Below are positions 8,531-21,313 of a stretch of 64,000 nt of DNA, piece by piece; positions within the stretch are counted from its first letter, which is position 1; the number at the start of each line of letters is the position of its first letter. The position numbers and the translations under genes are program-made. Under the pieces are notes generated by a model. The model was given only the letters and a program-made list of their open reading frames with translations. It made no database searches and was not told the DNA's origin. Source of the DNA: an uncultured Candidatus Rokubacteria bacterium (GTDB lineage Bacteria > Methylomirabilota > Methylomirabilia > Rokubacteriales > CSP1-6); NCBI GenBank assembly GCA_963771355.1, contig CAVYTA010000003.1, forward strand, positions 32,529 through 96,528. Reading direction: 5' to 3'.

Positions 8531-10759
8531 ATGATGGCAGCCGCAGCCACGACCCGCCTGCGCGGCGTCCTCCTCGTCCTGGCTACGCTCCTCGGAGCGT
8601 TTGGGCCCGCCTGCCAGCCGCTGCCCACACCCAGGCCCGCCCCAGCCCCCAGCGCCGCGCCCGCCCCCGCCGCGCCCGCTCCGTCGGCGCCGTCGGTGCC
8701 AGCGCCGGAGGTCGTCTCCGGCGAGACCTACATCCGTTGGCTCGTGGAGCGCTCGATGCTCCACCAGGCGGAGCTGGCCGCGCGGCGCTTCGCGGGCCAG
8801 GGACAGATGTGGCAGCATCCCTACGCCACGCCGCAGCCGCGCGCCGCCTCGGCGTTGGCCTCAGTGTGGTTCACCGCGTACCCGCCGTCTCAGATCACGG
8901 GGCCGGGCGAGTCGGTGCTGGAAAGCCTGGGCGACCCAGAGCTCTGGCGCGTCTTTCATGACATCGGGATCGGCGGCATGCACACCGGCCCCATGAAGCG
9001 CGCCGGCGGCATCCGCGAGCGCGAGTACACGCCCACCGTGGACGGCAACTTCGACCGCATCAGCAGCGAGATCGACCCGGGCTTCGGCACCGAGGCGCAG
9101 TACCAGGCCATGGTCCGGCACGCGCGCGACCACGGTGCCGTGCTCATCGGCGACGTCATCCCCGGCCACAGCGGCAAGGGCGCCGACTTCCGTCTCGCCG
9201 AGCGGGGCTACGGCGACTACCCGGGCCTCTACCACCTGGTGGAGATCCGGCCGGCGGACTGGAGCCTCCTCCCCGCGGTGCCGGCCGGCAAGGACTCGAT
9301 CAACCTCGGGCCCGCGGCGGTGGACGCCCTCAAGGCGGGCGGGTACATCGTCGGGCAGCTGCCGCGCACCATCTTCTACGAGCCGGGCGTCAAGGAGACG
9401 GACTGGTCGGCCACCGACGTCGTGGTCGGCGCCGACGGCAAGCGCCGCCGGTGGGTATACCTGCACTACTTCAAGGATGGGCAGCCCAGCTTCAACTGGC
9501 TCGACCCCACCTTCGCAGCGCCGCGGTTGGTGGCGGGCGACGCCATCCACTCGCTGGCCACCCTGGGCGAGCGCATGCTGCGCCTGGACGCCAACGGCTT
9601 CCTCGGCATCGAGGTCGGCCGGAGCAACAGCCGCGCCTGGTCCGAGGGCCATCCGCTCTCGGTCACCGCCAACCAGCTCATCGCCGGCCTGGTGCGCAAG
9701 CTCGGAGGCTTCACCTTCCAGGAGCTCAACCTCACGCTCGAGGATATCCAGGCGATGTCCCAGGGGGGCGCGGATCTCTCCTACGATTTCGTCACGCGCC
9801 CCGCCTACCAGCACGCCCTCGTCACCGGCGACGCCGGGTTCCTCCGTCTCATGCTCGGCCTGCAGCGAGCCTACCAGGTCGACCCGGCCGCCCTCATCCA
9901 CGCGCTCCAGAACCACGACGAGCTCACGCTCGAGCTGGTGCATTTCTGGACCCGACACAAGGACACCACGTTCACCTTCCGCGGCAAACCGGTGAAGGGC
10001 GGCACGCTGCGCGAGACCATCCGGGCCGAGATGCACGGCCGCCTGCTGGGCCCGGCGGCCCCCTACAACCTCAAAGCCGCCAACGGCGTCTCCTGCACCA
10101 CCGCCACCGTGGCCGCCGCCGCCCTCGGCATCCGCGATATCGGGCATCTCACCGAGGCGCAGCGGCGCGACATCCAGCGCGCTCATCTGCTCCTGGCCCT
10201 GTACAACGCCATGCAACCGGGCGTCTTCGCCCTCTCCGGCTGGGATCTGGTGGGCGCCCTGACGCTGCCGGGCGAGTCCGTGAAACCCTTGATCGCCGAG
10301 GGCGACACGCGCTGGATCAACCGGGGCGCCTATGACCTGCTGGGCAAGCACTCCGGCGTGGCGAAGTCGAGCAGCGATCTACCGCGGGCCCAGGCCCTCT
10401 ACGGCCCGCTCCCCGAGCAGCTCAAGCGCCCGGACTCGTTCGCCTCCGAGCTCCGCAAGATGCTGCGCGTGCGCGCGCAATACCGCATCAACGAGAGCGA
10501 GCAGGTCGAGCTGCCGGCGGTGCAGGCCCAGAGTCTGGTCGTCATGGTCCACCGACTTCCCGGCGGCGCGGGCACCCAGGTCACTGCCGTCAACTTCGGC
10601 CGCGCGGCCGTCCGCGAGGCCGTGACGCTCAAGACGGCGCCGCCGGGCGGGGCGGTCGCCGACCTCCTCGCTGAGAAGACGCTCGGGAAGCTGGGCCCGG
10701 ACGGGCGGCTGCCGCTCGCGCTCGGTCCGCACGAGGGGCAGGTCCTGCTCATCAAGTAG
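8531..10759 (+). CDS. treS: Maltose alpha-D-glucosyltransferase / trehalose synthase (Pseudomonas stutzeri type, GH13) with N-terminal signal-like extension
   Basis: [58 protein letters not shown] motifs. Confidence 0.9.
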   Translation: MMAAAATTRLRGVLLVLATLLGAFGPACQPLPTPRPAPAPSAAPAPAAPAPSAPSVPAPEVVSGETYIRWLVERSMLHQAELAARRFAGQGQMWQHPYATPQPRAASALASVWFTAYPPSQITGPGESVLESLGDPELWRVFHDIGIGGMHTGPMKRAGGIREREYTPTVDGNFDRISSEIDPGFGTEAQYQAMVRHARDHGAVLIGDVIPGHSGKGADFRLAERGYGDYPGLYHLVEIRPADWSLLPAVPAGKDSINLGPAAVDALKAGGYIVGQLPRTIFYEPGVKETDWSATDVVVGADGKRRRWVYLHYFKDGQPSFNWLDPTFAAPRLVAGDAIHSLATLGERMLRLDANGFLGIEVGRSNSRAWSEGHPLSVTANQLIAGLVRKLGGFTFQELNLTLEDIQAMSQGGADLSYDFVTRPAYQHALVTGDAGFLRLMLGLQRAYQVDPAALIHALQNHDELTLELVHFWTRHKDTTFTFRGKPVKGGTLRETIRAEMHGRLLGPAAPYNLKAANGVSCTTATVAAAALGIRDIGHLTEAQRRDIQRAHLLLALYNAMQPGVFALSGWDLVGALTLPGESVKPLIAEGDTRWINRGAYDLLGKHSGVAKSSSDLPRAQALYGPLPEQLKRPDSFASELRKMLRVRAQYRINESEQVELPAVQAQSLVVMVHRLPGGAGTQVTAVNFGRAAVREAVTLKTAPPGGAVADLLAEKTLGKLGPDGRLPLALGPHEGQVLLIK

Positions 10760-10777
10760 TCCCGCGGAGGATCGGAG

Positions 10778-12205
10778 ATGACCGGAGAGGGCTCGCGACC
10801 ACGCCTGAGCTTCTGGCAGATCTGGAACATGAGCTTCGGCTTCCTGGGCATCCAGTTCGGCTGGGCGCTGCAGATGGCCAACATGAGCGCGATCTACGAG
10901 TACCTCGGCGCCGATGCCCACCAGATCCCCATCCTGTGGCTCGCCGCCCCGCTGACCGGCTTGCTCGTGCAGCCTGTCATCGGCCACATGAGCGACCGCA
11001 CCTGGAATCGCCTGGGCCGGCGCCGCCCCTACTTTCTCACGGGCGCGCTGCTCGCCTCCTTCGCGCTGATCGCCATGCCCAGCTCGGGCACGCTCTGGAT
11101 GGCGGCCGGGCTGCTGTGGGTGATGGACGCCTCCATCAACATCAGCATGGAGCCCTTCCGCGCCTTCGTCGCCGACCTGCTCCCGCCGGAGCAGCGCACG
11201 CGCGGCTACGCCATGCAGGCGTTCTTCATCGGGCTGGGGGCGGTCATCGCCTCGATGCTTCCCTGGCTGCTCTACGACATCTTCCCGGCCGGCGGTGACG
11301 GCGGAACGCCCGGGAAATCCATTCCGTTCGGGGTGAGGCTGGCCTTCTATCTCGGCGCGTTCACTTTCCTGGCGGCCGTGCTCTGGACCATCTTCACGAC
11401 CCGGGAGCATCCGCCGGAGGACCTGGAGGCCTTCCGGCGGATGAAGGCCGAGAAGGCCAGTTTCGGCGCCGCCGTCGCCGAGATCTTCCACGACGTGCTG
11501 GCCATGCCGCCGACCATGCGGCGTCTGGCTTGGGTGCAGATCTTCACCTGGCTGGGTTTCTTCTGCATGTGGCTCTACTTCGGGGTGGCGGTGGCCCGGA
11601 ACATCTTCGGCGGCACCCCCGGCACGCCGGCCTACGAGCAGGGCATCGCCTGGGCGGGTAACTGCTTCGCCATGTACTCCGCCGTCTGCTTCGCCTTCTC
11701 GTTCGCCTTGCCCGCCGTGGCCGGGTGGCTGGGCCGCCGGCTCACCCACGGCCTGTGCCTGCTGATGGGGGCCATCGGCCTGGTCTCGGTGGCCGTCATC
11801 GATGACAAGTACCTGCTCCTCCTGCCCATGGTGGGCGTGGGTGTGGCCTGGGCCAGCACCCTCACCATGCCGTATGCCATCCTGGCCGGCGCCCTGCCCG
11901 CCGGGAAGACCGGCATCTACATGGGCATCTTCAACTTCTTCATCGTCATTCCTGAGATCCTGGCCGCGCTCGGCTTCGGCACGATCATGGAGCGCCTCCT
12001 CACCAACGAGAGCGCGCTGGTATTGTTGTTGGGCGGCGACAACCGGCTCGCCGTTGTCGTCATCGGCGGCCTCTCGCTGGCCGTGGCGGCGGCTCTCTGC
12101 GCCATCGTTACCGACCCCGAGGCCGATCGGGGCGCCCCGCCGTCGCCCCCGGACCCCGCGCGACTGATCGAGCACCCTGTCCCCTCCGGGGAGAGGGCAA
12201 GATGA
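10778..12205 (+). CDS. MFS sugar transporter (maltose/sucrose, SLC45-like)
   Basis: [62 protein letters not shown]. Confidence 0.9.
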   Translation: MTGEGSRPRLSFWQIWNMSFGFLGIQFGWALQMANMSAIYEYLGADAHQIPILWLAAPLTGLLVQPVIGHMSDRTWNRLGRRRPYFLTGALLASFALIAMPSSGTLWMAAGLLWVMDASINISMEPFRAFVADLLPPEQRTRGYAMQAFFIGLGAVIASMLPWLLYDIFPAGGDGGTPGKSIPFGVRLAFYLGAFTFLAAVLWTIFTTREHPPEDLEAFRRMKAEKASFGAAVAEIFHDVLAMPPTMRRLAWVQIFTWLGFFCMWLYFGVAVARNIFGGTPGTPAYEQGIAWAGNCFAMYSAVCFAFSFALPAVAGWLGRRLTHGLCLLMGAIGLVSVAVIDDKYLLLLPMVGVGVAWASTLTMPYAILAGALPAGKTGIYMGIFNFFIVIPEILAALGFGTIMERLLTNESALVLLLGGDNRLAVVVIGGLSLAVAAALCAIVTDPEADRGAPPSPPDPARLIEHPVPSGERAR

Positions 12206-12209
12206 GGGG
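12175..12209 (+). repeat. BoxC/REP-like hairpin repeat, copy 1
   Basis: CCCTGTCCCC-TCC-GGGGAGAGGGCAAGATGAGGGG overlapping the MFS stop; related copy at 21195-21237. Confidence 0.55.
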
Positions 12210-12280
12210 CCCCGGCGTCTCCATTCCACCTCGGGATGTTGCGGGCACCGGCGCACAAGCGCGGGACGGCTGTCTGACCG

Positions 12281-12595
12281 TCAGAACAGGCCGAGCTGGA
12301 GCCTCGCCGCCTCCGACATCCGGCTCTGGTCCCAGGGCGGATCGAACACGACGTCGACCTTCACGTCGCTGACGCCGGGGACCGCGCGGATCCGCTCCTC
12401 GACCTCCCGGGGCAGCGTTTGGGCGGCCGGGCACCCCGCGGCGGTCAAGGTCATCCGGACGGTGACCGCCCCGGATGCGTCGATCGCGATCCCGTAGATC
12501 AGCCCCAGCTCATGGATGTTCACCGGGATCTCCGGGTCGTAGACCGTCTGCAGGGCCTCCACGACGAGCTTCTCGATCTCTGCCTGCTCGGCCAT
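12281..12595 (-). CDS. DUF59/SufT Fe-S cluster assembly factor
   Basis: VYDPEIPVNIHELGLIY, MTLTAAGCP, DPPW; last gene of the SUF operon. Confidence 0.92.
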   Translation of the reverse strand: MAEQAEIEKLVVEALQTVYDPEIPVNIHELGLIYGIAIDASGAVTVRMTLTAAGCPAAQTLPREVEERIRAVPGVSDVKVDVVFDPPWDQSRMSEAARLQLGLF

Positions 12596-12616
12596 GACGG
12601 CCTCCTATGACCTTCT

Positions 12617-13060
12617 CTATTCTGTAGTCACGGGCTCGGCCTTGCCCGCCAGCGCCGCGTGCACCGTGTGCCAGGCCAGCGTCGCGCACTTGATGCGGCT
12701 CGGGAACTCCCGCACGCCGGCAAAGACGCCGAGCTTGCCCAGCTCCGCGTCGGGGCCGTTCTCGGTCAGCATGGCGCGGAACCGCTCGAAGGCCTCCTCG
12801 GCTTCGGTCACCGTCTTGCCCTTGAGGTCGGCGGTCATCATCGACGCGGACGCCTTGGAGATGGCGCAGCCCGAGCCCTGGAAGCCGATGTCGCGGATCA
12901 CCTCGCCCTCGAGCGCGATCTCCACCGTCAGCCGGTCGCCGCAGAGCGGGTTGTAGCCCTCGGCCGCCCGGCTCGGGTGCACGAGCGTCCGGAAGTTCCG
13001 CGGCTTCCGGTTATGATCGAGGATGACCTGCTGGTAGAGATCGCGCAGCTCGGACGTCAT
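12617..13060 (-). CDS. sufU: SufU (NifU-like) Fe-S scaffold / sulfur transfer protein
   Basis: LYQQVILDH, NPLCGD, GCAISKASAS, RIKCATLAWH. Confidence 0.95.
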   Translation of the reverse strand: MTSELRDLYQQVILDHNRKPRNFRTLVHPSRAAEGYNPLCGDRLTVEIALEGEVIRDIGFQGSGCAISKASASMMTADLKGKTVTEAEEAFERFRAMLTENGPDAELGKLGVFAGVREFPSRIKCATLAWHTVHAALAGKAEPVTTE

Positions 13061-14277
13061 CCGAAGACCTCCCGGACCTTGGCGAGCCCCTCGACCAGCG
13101 CGTCGATGTCTTCACGCGTGTTGTAGACGCCCAGGGAGGCTCGCGCGGTGGCCGCGATGCCGAACCGCGTCATGACCGGCATCGCGCAGTGGTGCCCCGT
13201 CCGCACCGCGATGCCCTCGCGGTCGAGGATGCTGCCCACGTCGTGGGCGTGCACTCCGTCGACCAGGAACGACAGCACCGAGGCTTTCTCGCGCGCGGTG
13301 CCGACGAGGCGCAGGCCGGGGAGCGCCGAGAGCCGCTTCGTGCCATGGACGAGCAGCGCGTGCTCGTGAGCCGCGACCCGGTCGAGCCCGAGGCCCTCCA
13401 GGTACTCGAGGGCGGCGCCGAGGCCGATGGCGCCCGCGATGTCCGGCGTGCCCGCCTCGAACTTGTACGGCAGGTCGTTGTAGACGGTCTTCTCGAAGCT
13501 GACCGACTTGATCATGTCGCCCCCGCCCTGGTAGGGCGGCATCGCCTCGAGGAGCGCGGTCTTGCCATAGAGGACGCCGATGCCGGTCGGTCCGTACGTC
13601 TTGTGCCCGGAGAACGTGTAGAAGTCGCAGTCGAGATCCTGGACGTCGATCCGCAGGTGCGGCGCGGCCTGGGCGCCGTCCACCAGCACCGCGATGCCGC
13701 GACGGTGGGCCGCCTCGATCATCCGCTTGACTGGTACGATGGTGCCGAGCGCGTTGGAGACGTGGGCCACCCCGACCAGCCGGGTCCGTTCGCCGAGCAG
13801 CCGCTCGTAGGCGTCGACGTCCACCTCGCCCGCGTCGTCGATGGGGACCACGCGCAGCGTCGCGCCCGTCTCCTCGCAGAGCATCTGCCACGGCACGATG
13901 TTCGAGTGGTGCTCGAGCGCGGTGATGATCACCTCGTCACCCGCCCCCACCGTCCGCCGGCCGTAGGTCTGCGCCACCAGGTTGATGCCCTCGGTCGTCC
14001 CCCGGACGAAGACGATCTCCCGCGAATGGGCCGCGTTGAGGAAGCGCTGGATGCGCCCGCGCGCGCCCTCGTACGCCTCGGTGGCGCGCTCGCTCAGCTG
14101 GTGCACGCCCCGGTGCACATTGGCGTTGTCGCGCGCGTAGTAGTCCGCGAGTGCGTCGAGCACGACCTGCGGCTTCTGGGACGTCGCCGCGCTATCCAGG
14201 TAGACCAGCGGCCGCCCGTGCACCTCCTGGTGGAGGATCGGGAAGTCTTTCCGGATCCGTTCCACGTCCAGGGCCAT
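13057..14277 (-). CDS. sufS: Cysteine desulfurase SufS
   Basis: YLDSAATSQKP, EHHSNIVPW, VDGAQ, SGHK, RTGHHCA. Start placed at ATG 14277 after an AAGGA SD (14292 is an alternative). Confidence 0.96.
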   Translation of the reverse strand: MALDVERIRKDFPILHQEVHGRPLVYLDSAATSQKPQVVLDALADYYARDNANVHRGVHQLSERATEAYEGARGRIQRFLNAAHSREIVFVRGTTEGINLVAQTYGRRTVGAGDEVIITALEHHSNIVPWQMLCEETGATLRVVPIDDAGEVDVDAYERLLGERTRLVGVAHVSNALGTIVPVKRMIEAAHRRGIAVLVDGAQAAPHLRIDVQDLDCDFYTFSGHKTYGPTGIGVLYGKTALLEAMPPYQGGGDMIKSVSFEKTVYNDLPYKFEAGTPDIAGAIGLGAALEYLEGLGLDRVAAHEHALLVHGTKRLSALPGLRLVGTAREKASVLSFLVDGVHAHDVGSILDREGIAVRTGHHCAMPVMTRFGIAATARASLGVYNTREDIDALVEGLAKVREVFG

Positions 14278-14288
14278 CGTTGATTCCT

Positions 14289-15637
14289 TCATGCCGCCTC
14301 CTCGGGGACCCGGCCGCCGCGCAGCCGGCGCCGCAGCAGCTCCTCGCACCAGACCCGCACCGGCTCCACGCGGATCCGGCCGAGCACCTCGTTGGCGAAC
14401 CCGTGGGTGAGCAGGGAGCGGGCGGCTACCTCGTCGAGCCCGCGGCTCTCGAGGTAGAAGATCGCGTCCTCCGCGAGCTGGCCGTCGGCCGCGCCGTGGC
14501 TGCACTTGACGTCGTCCGCGAAGATCTCGAGCTGCGGCTTGCTGTCCACCTCTACCCCGTCCGACAGGATGAGGTTCTTGTTCGTCTGATGGGCGTCGGT
14601 CCCGTTGGCCCTCGGCCGGACGACAACCCGCCCGTTGAATACGCCCCGCGCCCGACCGTCGAGCACACCCTTGTAGAGCTGGCGGCTCGTGGTCCGCGGC
14701 TGGGCGTGATCCACCACCGTGTGGGTATCCACGTGCTGGACACCCCCGACCACAAAGAGTCCGTTCAACGTGCACTCCGCCCCTTCGGCATCAAGCCGCG
14801 CGTCGACGTCGTTCCGGACGAGCCGCCCGCCGAGGGTCACGGCGCATGAGGCAAACCGGCTGTCCGCCCCCTGGCGCACCCGGGTGCGGCCCACGTGAAT
14901 GCCCTGGCGGCCCTCCAGCACGACGCGGTGATGGTCGAGGACGGCACCCGGGCCGAGGGCGATCTCGGTGGACACATTGGTCAGATAGGCCTCGTCGGCC
15001 AGGGCGACGTAGCTTTCCACCAGCACCGCCCGGCTCTCCGGCTCGAGCACGATCAGGCTCCTCGGATGGTCGGCGCGCCCCCCTGACGCGGTGGCCACGA
15101 ACAGGAGCTGAATGGGCTCCTCGAGGCTGACCCCGGCCGGCACATGCAGGAACGCGCCATCCGCCCAGAAGGCCGCGTTGAGCGCGCTGAAGGCGTCACC
15201 GGACTCAGCGGCGGGGGGCTCCGCGGCGCCGGCGAGGTGGGGGCGCACCGTCGGCTCGTCGGTGATCAGGGCCTCCGCGAGGCTGCCGAGACGGCCGCCC
15301 GGCGGCAACGGCTGGATAGTCGAGAGCTTGGCCACGTACCGCCCGTCGACGAACACGAGGCGGCTCCACGAGTCCGGCCCCATCGAGAAGCGCGCCAGGT
15401 CTTCCTCGGACGGCATCTCCCGCGCCGCATCGGCGGCCAGGTCGAGTGGCGCCGCCACCAGCGGCGCGAGGCTCGTGTACTTCCACTCCTCGTCGCGGGT
15501 GGTGGGCAGGCCACGCTCGGCGAAGCGGTCGATCGCGGCCCGGCGCGCCTCGCGCAGCCAGGCCGATCCGTCGACGGCGCCTCGCCGCTCGCGCTCGCCG
15601 TACGCCGCGAGGAAGGTTTCCTTAGTGGTCCGGTCCG

Positions 15638-15641
<4 letters not shown>
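14289..15641 (-). CDS. sufD: Fe-S cluster assembly protein SufD
   Basis: EEWKYT, QLYKGVLD, KPQLEIFADDVKCSHGA, IFYLESRG. Confidence 0.95.
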
Positions 15642-16405
<764 letters not shown>

Positions 16406-16415
16406 TCCTCTCCCT

Positions 16416-17876
<1,461 letters not shown>

Positions 17877-17929
17877 TCGCTTGTCCCCCTCCCCGTCTAC
17901 ATAGCTCAGCGTACCCCCATCCTGTGGAG

Positions 17930-17955
17930 ATGGCGACTAGAAAGGTCGTATTTAT
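17930..17955 (-). promoter_or_regulatory. Putative Rrf2-family (IscR/SufR-like) operator upstream of sufB
   Basis: CGAC-N7-GTCG inverted repeat at 17934-17948 in an AT-rich patch about 60 bp upstream of sufB. Confidence 0.5.
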
Positions 17956-17972
17956 AACTCGAATAGAAACAG

Positions 17973-19526
17973 CTACTTGTTCTCGATCGCGAGTAGGGCC
18001 TTTTCGACGGCCCCCTCCACCTCGCCGGCAGTGTCGAGGCGGACCACCCCCGGCTCGTGAGCCGGTGACTCGTAACGGGCGCGGTGCTCGGCCAGCAGTT
18101 CCTCCCGCCCATCGGAGACCTCGTGCCGGTCCTTGCTCCGGCTCCGGAGCCGCTCCACGAGAGCCTCGTCGGGGGCGTCGCACCAGAGCACGCCGAACGG
18201 AAGGCCATGGCGGTCGGCCACCGCGCGGGCCTCGGCCCGCTCCGCGGCGTGCGAGAAACTGCCGTCCACGATCACGGGCCAGCCGGCCCGGAGCAGCTCG
18301 TCGGCCAGTCGCGCGGCCCCCACGTACGTCCGCCGACCCATCTCGGGGGTGTAGAGCCCTTCCCCGAAGGCGGGCGCCACCCGCTCCCGCAGCGGCACGC
18401 CGCCGAGCCGCTTCCGCACCGCGTCGGTCCGTACCACGATGGCGCCCAGCCGGGCCGCGGCGTGCCGCGCGGCGGTGCTCTTGCCGGTGCCCATCACGCC
18501 GGTGGTTATGACCAGGCGCGGGCGCCGATGAGGCGCCACGAAGCGCCCGGCCAGCTCGAACAGAGTCCGGGCCTCGCCCGCCCGCTCCGGGTGATCGGCA
18601 ACCTGGAAGGCCGTCACCTTGGCCCGCACCCACGCCCGGTAGGCGCGGTAGAAGTCGAGCAGCGGCACCGCCTCGTAGTCGCCGTTCTCCTCGAGATAGG
18701 CATTCAGGAAGCGGATCGCCAGGTCCGGGCGGCCCAGCCGCTCCAGGTCCATGGCGAGAAAGGCGATCTCTCCCGTCACGTCGCCGAAGCGGAAGCGATG
18801 ATTGAACTCGATGCAGTCGAAGATCTGCACGGGCTCCACGCAGCAGACGTGCTGAGCCTGCAGGTCCCCGTGGCAGTCGCGGCTGCGCCCGGCGGCGACC
18901 CGCGCCGCGAAGCGCGCGGCCTCGCGCTCGAGGAAGGCCCCCACGTACTCGCGCACGCGCCGGCGCGTGTCGTCCGGCAGCAGCTCCGGGCCCACCGCGT
19001 CGGTCTGGGCGAAGTTCTCCTCCCAGTTCCGTCGTATCGTCTCGAGGCCGCCGAGCTCGTCGACCTCGCCCCCGGTGTCGGCGGCCGCATGGAACCGCGC
19101 CACCGTCGTCCCGATCCCGTCGAGCAGCGCGGGCGGGGCGGCGTTCTCACGCACGAGCCGATCGAGCATGCGCTCGGCGGGAAGCCGCCGCATCACCACC
19201 GCGACCTCGAGCGTGCGGCCCCGGCCCTCGAAGCGCGGCGCCTCCGCGCTGCCCTTGATCTCCACGACGCCGAGATAGACGTCGGAGGCAAGGCGCCGGT
19301 TGAGCCGCACCTCGTCCTGGCAGAATCGCCGCCGCAGGGCGAGCGTGGTGAAGTCGAGGAATCCGAGGTTCACCGGCTTCTTGATCTTGTATACGCGGTC
19401 CCCGGCGAGCAGAACCCAGGAGATGTGTGTCTCGATCAGCTCCACGCGGTCCGCCGGATGTGGATAGAGCGCCGGATCGAGGAGCCGCTCGACGAGGCGG
19501 GGCCGCCGGCTCGAGCGTTCGGTCAC
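17973..19526 (-). CDS. Bifunctional aminoglycoside phosphotransferase-like / AAA_33 P-loop kinase
   Basis: IETHISWV, KIKKPV..GFLDF, CHGDL, FDCIEFN, LAMDL, then GVMGTGKST and RTDAVRK. Start placed at GTG 19526, matching the ATG of the duplicate copy. Confidence 0.9.
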   Translation of the reverse strand: MTERSSRRPRLVERLLDPALYPHPADRVELIETHISWVLLAGDRVYKIKKPVNLGFLDFTTLALRRRFCQDEVRLNRRLASDVYLGVVEIKGSAEAPRFEGRGRTLEVAVVMRRLPAERMLDRLVRENAAPPALLDGIGTTVARFHAAADTGGEVDELGGLETIRRNWEENFAQTDAVGPELLPDDTRRRVREYVGAFLEREAARFAARVAAGRSRDCHGDLQAQHVCCVEPVQIFDCIEFNHRFRFGDVTGEIAFLAMDLERLGRPDLAIRFLNAYLEENGDYEAVPLLDFYRAYRAWVRAKVTAFQVADHPERAGEARTLFELAGRFVAPHRRPRLVITTGVMGTGKSTAARHAAARLGAIVVRTDAVRKRLGGVPLRERVAPAFGEGLYTPEMGRRTYVGAARLADELLRAGWPVIVDGSFSHAAERAEARAVADRHGLPFGVLWCDAPDEALVERLRSRSKDRHEVSDGREELLAEHRARYESPAHEPGVVRLDTAGEVEGAVEKALLAIENK

Positions 19527-19741
19527 GCGAGCCGCTCCGCCCGGGCCAACTCCTCCGCGGTCTGCCCGACCCGGGCGTCCATAGCTTCCGAGGGTACTCC
19601 TCAACCTCCCCCGCCGATCTACGTCAACGCGTTGACATTGATCGTCGTGCCACGATTCCCAGAACTATGCGAGCCACGCGATTTCTCGAGGAAATCCCGC
19701 GCCAAATCCCTGGCCTAGGACGTGCATAGCACTCCCCAGTT

Positions 19742-21313
19742 GTGAAGACACTCCGCGCCTCCATCGTTCTCGCGTCGCTCGCTCGCATCGCCTCGGCCTT
19801 CTCGATCCCCCAACCCGGCGAGCTGCTCCCCGGCTCCAGCCCCGCCCTCACGGGCGCTCCGCGATCGGATCGGGCGGCCGCCCAGGCGCCGGCGCCGGCC
19901 CGGCCGCTGCGCCGCTCGCTCAATGCCGCCGTCGCCGAGGGAGCCTCAGCGGAGGTCTTTGCCGCCTGCGCCAGCGGGGCCGTGATCATCGGCTGGGCGC
20001 TCTACCTCGGGGCGAGCGCAGCGGTGATCGGCTTCCTGGGCGCTCTGCCACTGGGCGCCCAGGTCGTGAGCCTGCCCGCCGCCTGGCTCACCAGCGCACG
20101 CAGCCGCAAGGCCGTCACGCTCTGGGCCATCGGCATCTCGCGGCTCACCTTCCTGCCTCTGCTCGCGCTCCCGACGCTCAACGTGGATGCGTCCACGAAG
20201 CTCCACCTGTTCCTGGCCATCGTGGCGGTCAGCACGATCTTCAGCGTGGTCGGCAACAGCGCCTGGGTGGCCTGGATGGGCGACCTGGTGCCGGACCGCA
20301 TCCGCGGCCGCTTCGTCGGTCGCCGGACCATCGTCATCAGCATCGCGGGCACGCTGACCTCGCTCGGGGCCGCGGTCCTGCTCGACCGGCTCGCGCCGAT
20401 CGGCTGGACCGGCACCGCCCTGTGCGCGCTCACCCTCGTCGCCTGCCTGGCCGGCGTGGCCAGCGTGGTGCTGATGCTGCGCCAGCACGAGCCCCCCGCT
20501 GCCGCCGAGCCCGGTGTGTCCGCCTGGCGGGCGCTCCGGCTCGCGCTCGGCGACCTGCAGGCCCGGCCGTTCCTCGGCTATCTCTTCGCCTGGAACGCGG
20601 CGGTGGGCATCTCGGCCAGCTTCTTCGCCTACCACATGTTGACGAACCTTCACACCGGCTTCCTGGTGGTGGCCGCCCACGGCGTCGGCGTGGCCGCGGT
20701 GCGCATCGCCTCGGCCCGCCTCTGGGGCCACGCGGTGGACCGGATCGGCGCGGGGCCCGTGCTGGTCTTTTGCTCCTTCGGCATCGCGGCGGTGCCGCTC
20801 ACCTGGTTATTCATCACGCCCGACCGCCTGTGGCCGATCGCCTTCGATGCGGTGTTCGCCGGCTTTCTGTGGGCGGGCCACGGCATCGCCGCCTTCGACC
20901 TGACCATCGGCCTCGCTCCGCGGGTGTCGCGGCCCTTCTACCTGGGCGCCTTCGCGACTGCCGGCGGCCTCGGCTTCGGCGCGGCCTCGATGCTGGCCGG
21001 CCAGCTCGTCGCTCTCTTCCCCGCCCACTTCGAGCTGGCCGGGGAGACGTGGACCAACCTCCACGTCCTGTTCCTGATCTCCGCGGTGGGGCGCCTGGCC
21101 TCCGCCGGCCTCTCGCTGCGGCTGCACGATCCGGGCGCCCACGGCGACGTGCGCGAGCTGGTCCGCGCCCTGACCGAGCGCACCGGTCTCACGGCCCTCA
21201 AACCCTCGATACCCTGGGGAGAGGGCCGGGTGAGGGGCTGGCTGGTGAGGCTCAGCGAGGCGCCCCGCCCCTTGAGGTCAAGGATCTACTCGAGCATAGC
21301 CCGCTCGCGATGA
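19742..21313 (+). CDS. MFS transporter
   Basis: About 12 hydrophobic segments; WMGDLVPDRIRGRF and WGHAVDRIG MFS loop motifs. Confidence 0.85.
   Translation: MKTLRASIVLASLARIASAFSIPQPGELLPGSSPALTGAPRSDRAAAQAPAPARPLRRSLNAAVAEGASAEVFAACASGAVIIGWALYLGASAAVIGFLGALPLGAQVVSLPAAWLTSARSRKAVTLWAIGISRLTFLPLLALPTLNVDASTKLHLFLAIVAVSTIFSVVGNSAWVAWMGDLVPDRIRGRFVGRRTIVISIAGTLTSLGAAVLLDRLAPIGWTGTALCALTLVACLAGVASVVLMLRQHEPPAAAEPGVSAWRALRLALGDLQARPFLGYLFAWNAAVGISASFFAYHMLTNLHTGFLVVAAHGVGVAAVRIASARLWGHAVDRIGAGPVLVFCSFGIAAVPLTWLFITPDRLWPIAFDAVFAGFLWAGHGIAAFDLTIGLAPRVSRPFYLGAFATAGGLGFGAASMLAGQLVALFPAHFELAGETWTNLHVLFLISAVGRLASAGLSLRLHDPGAHGDVRELVRALTERTGLTALKPSIPWGEGRVRGWLVRLSEAPRPLRSRIYSSIARSR
21195..21237 (+). 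repeat. BoxC/REP-like hairpin repeat, copy 2
   Basis: CCCTCA...CCCTGGGGAGAGGGCCGGGTGAGGGG inside the 3' end of the MFS ORF. Confidence 0.5.

Noticed and set aside
19614..19627. Canonical FNR box (TTGAT-N4-ATCAA)
   Set aside because: Only one half-site matches (TTGAC-GTAG-ATCGG), so it is kept only as part of the palindrome finding.
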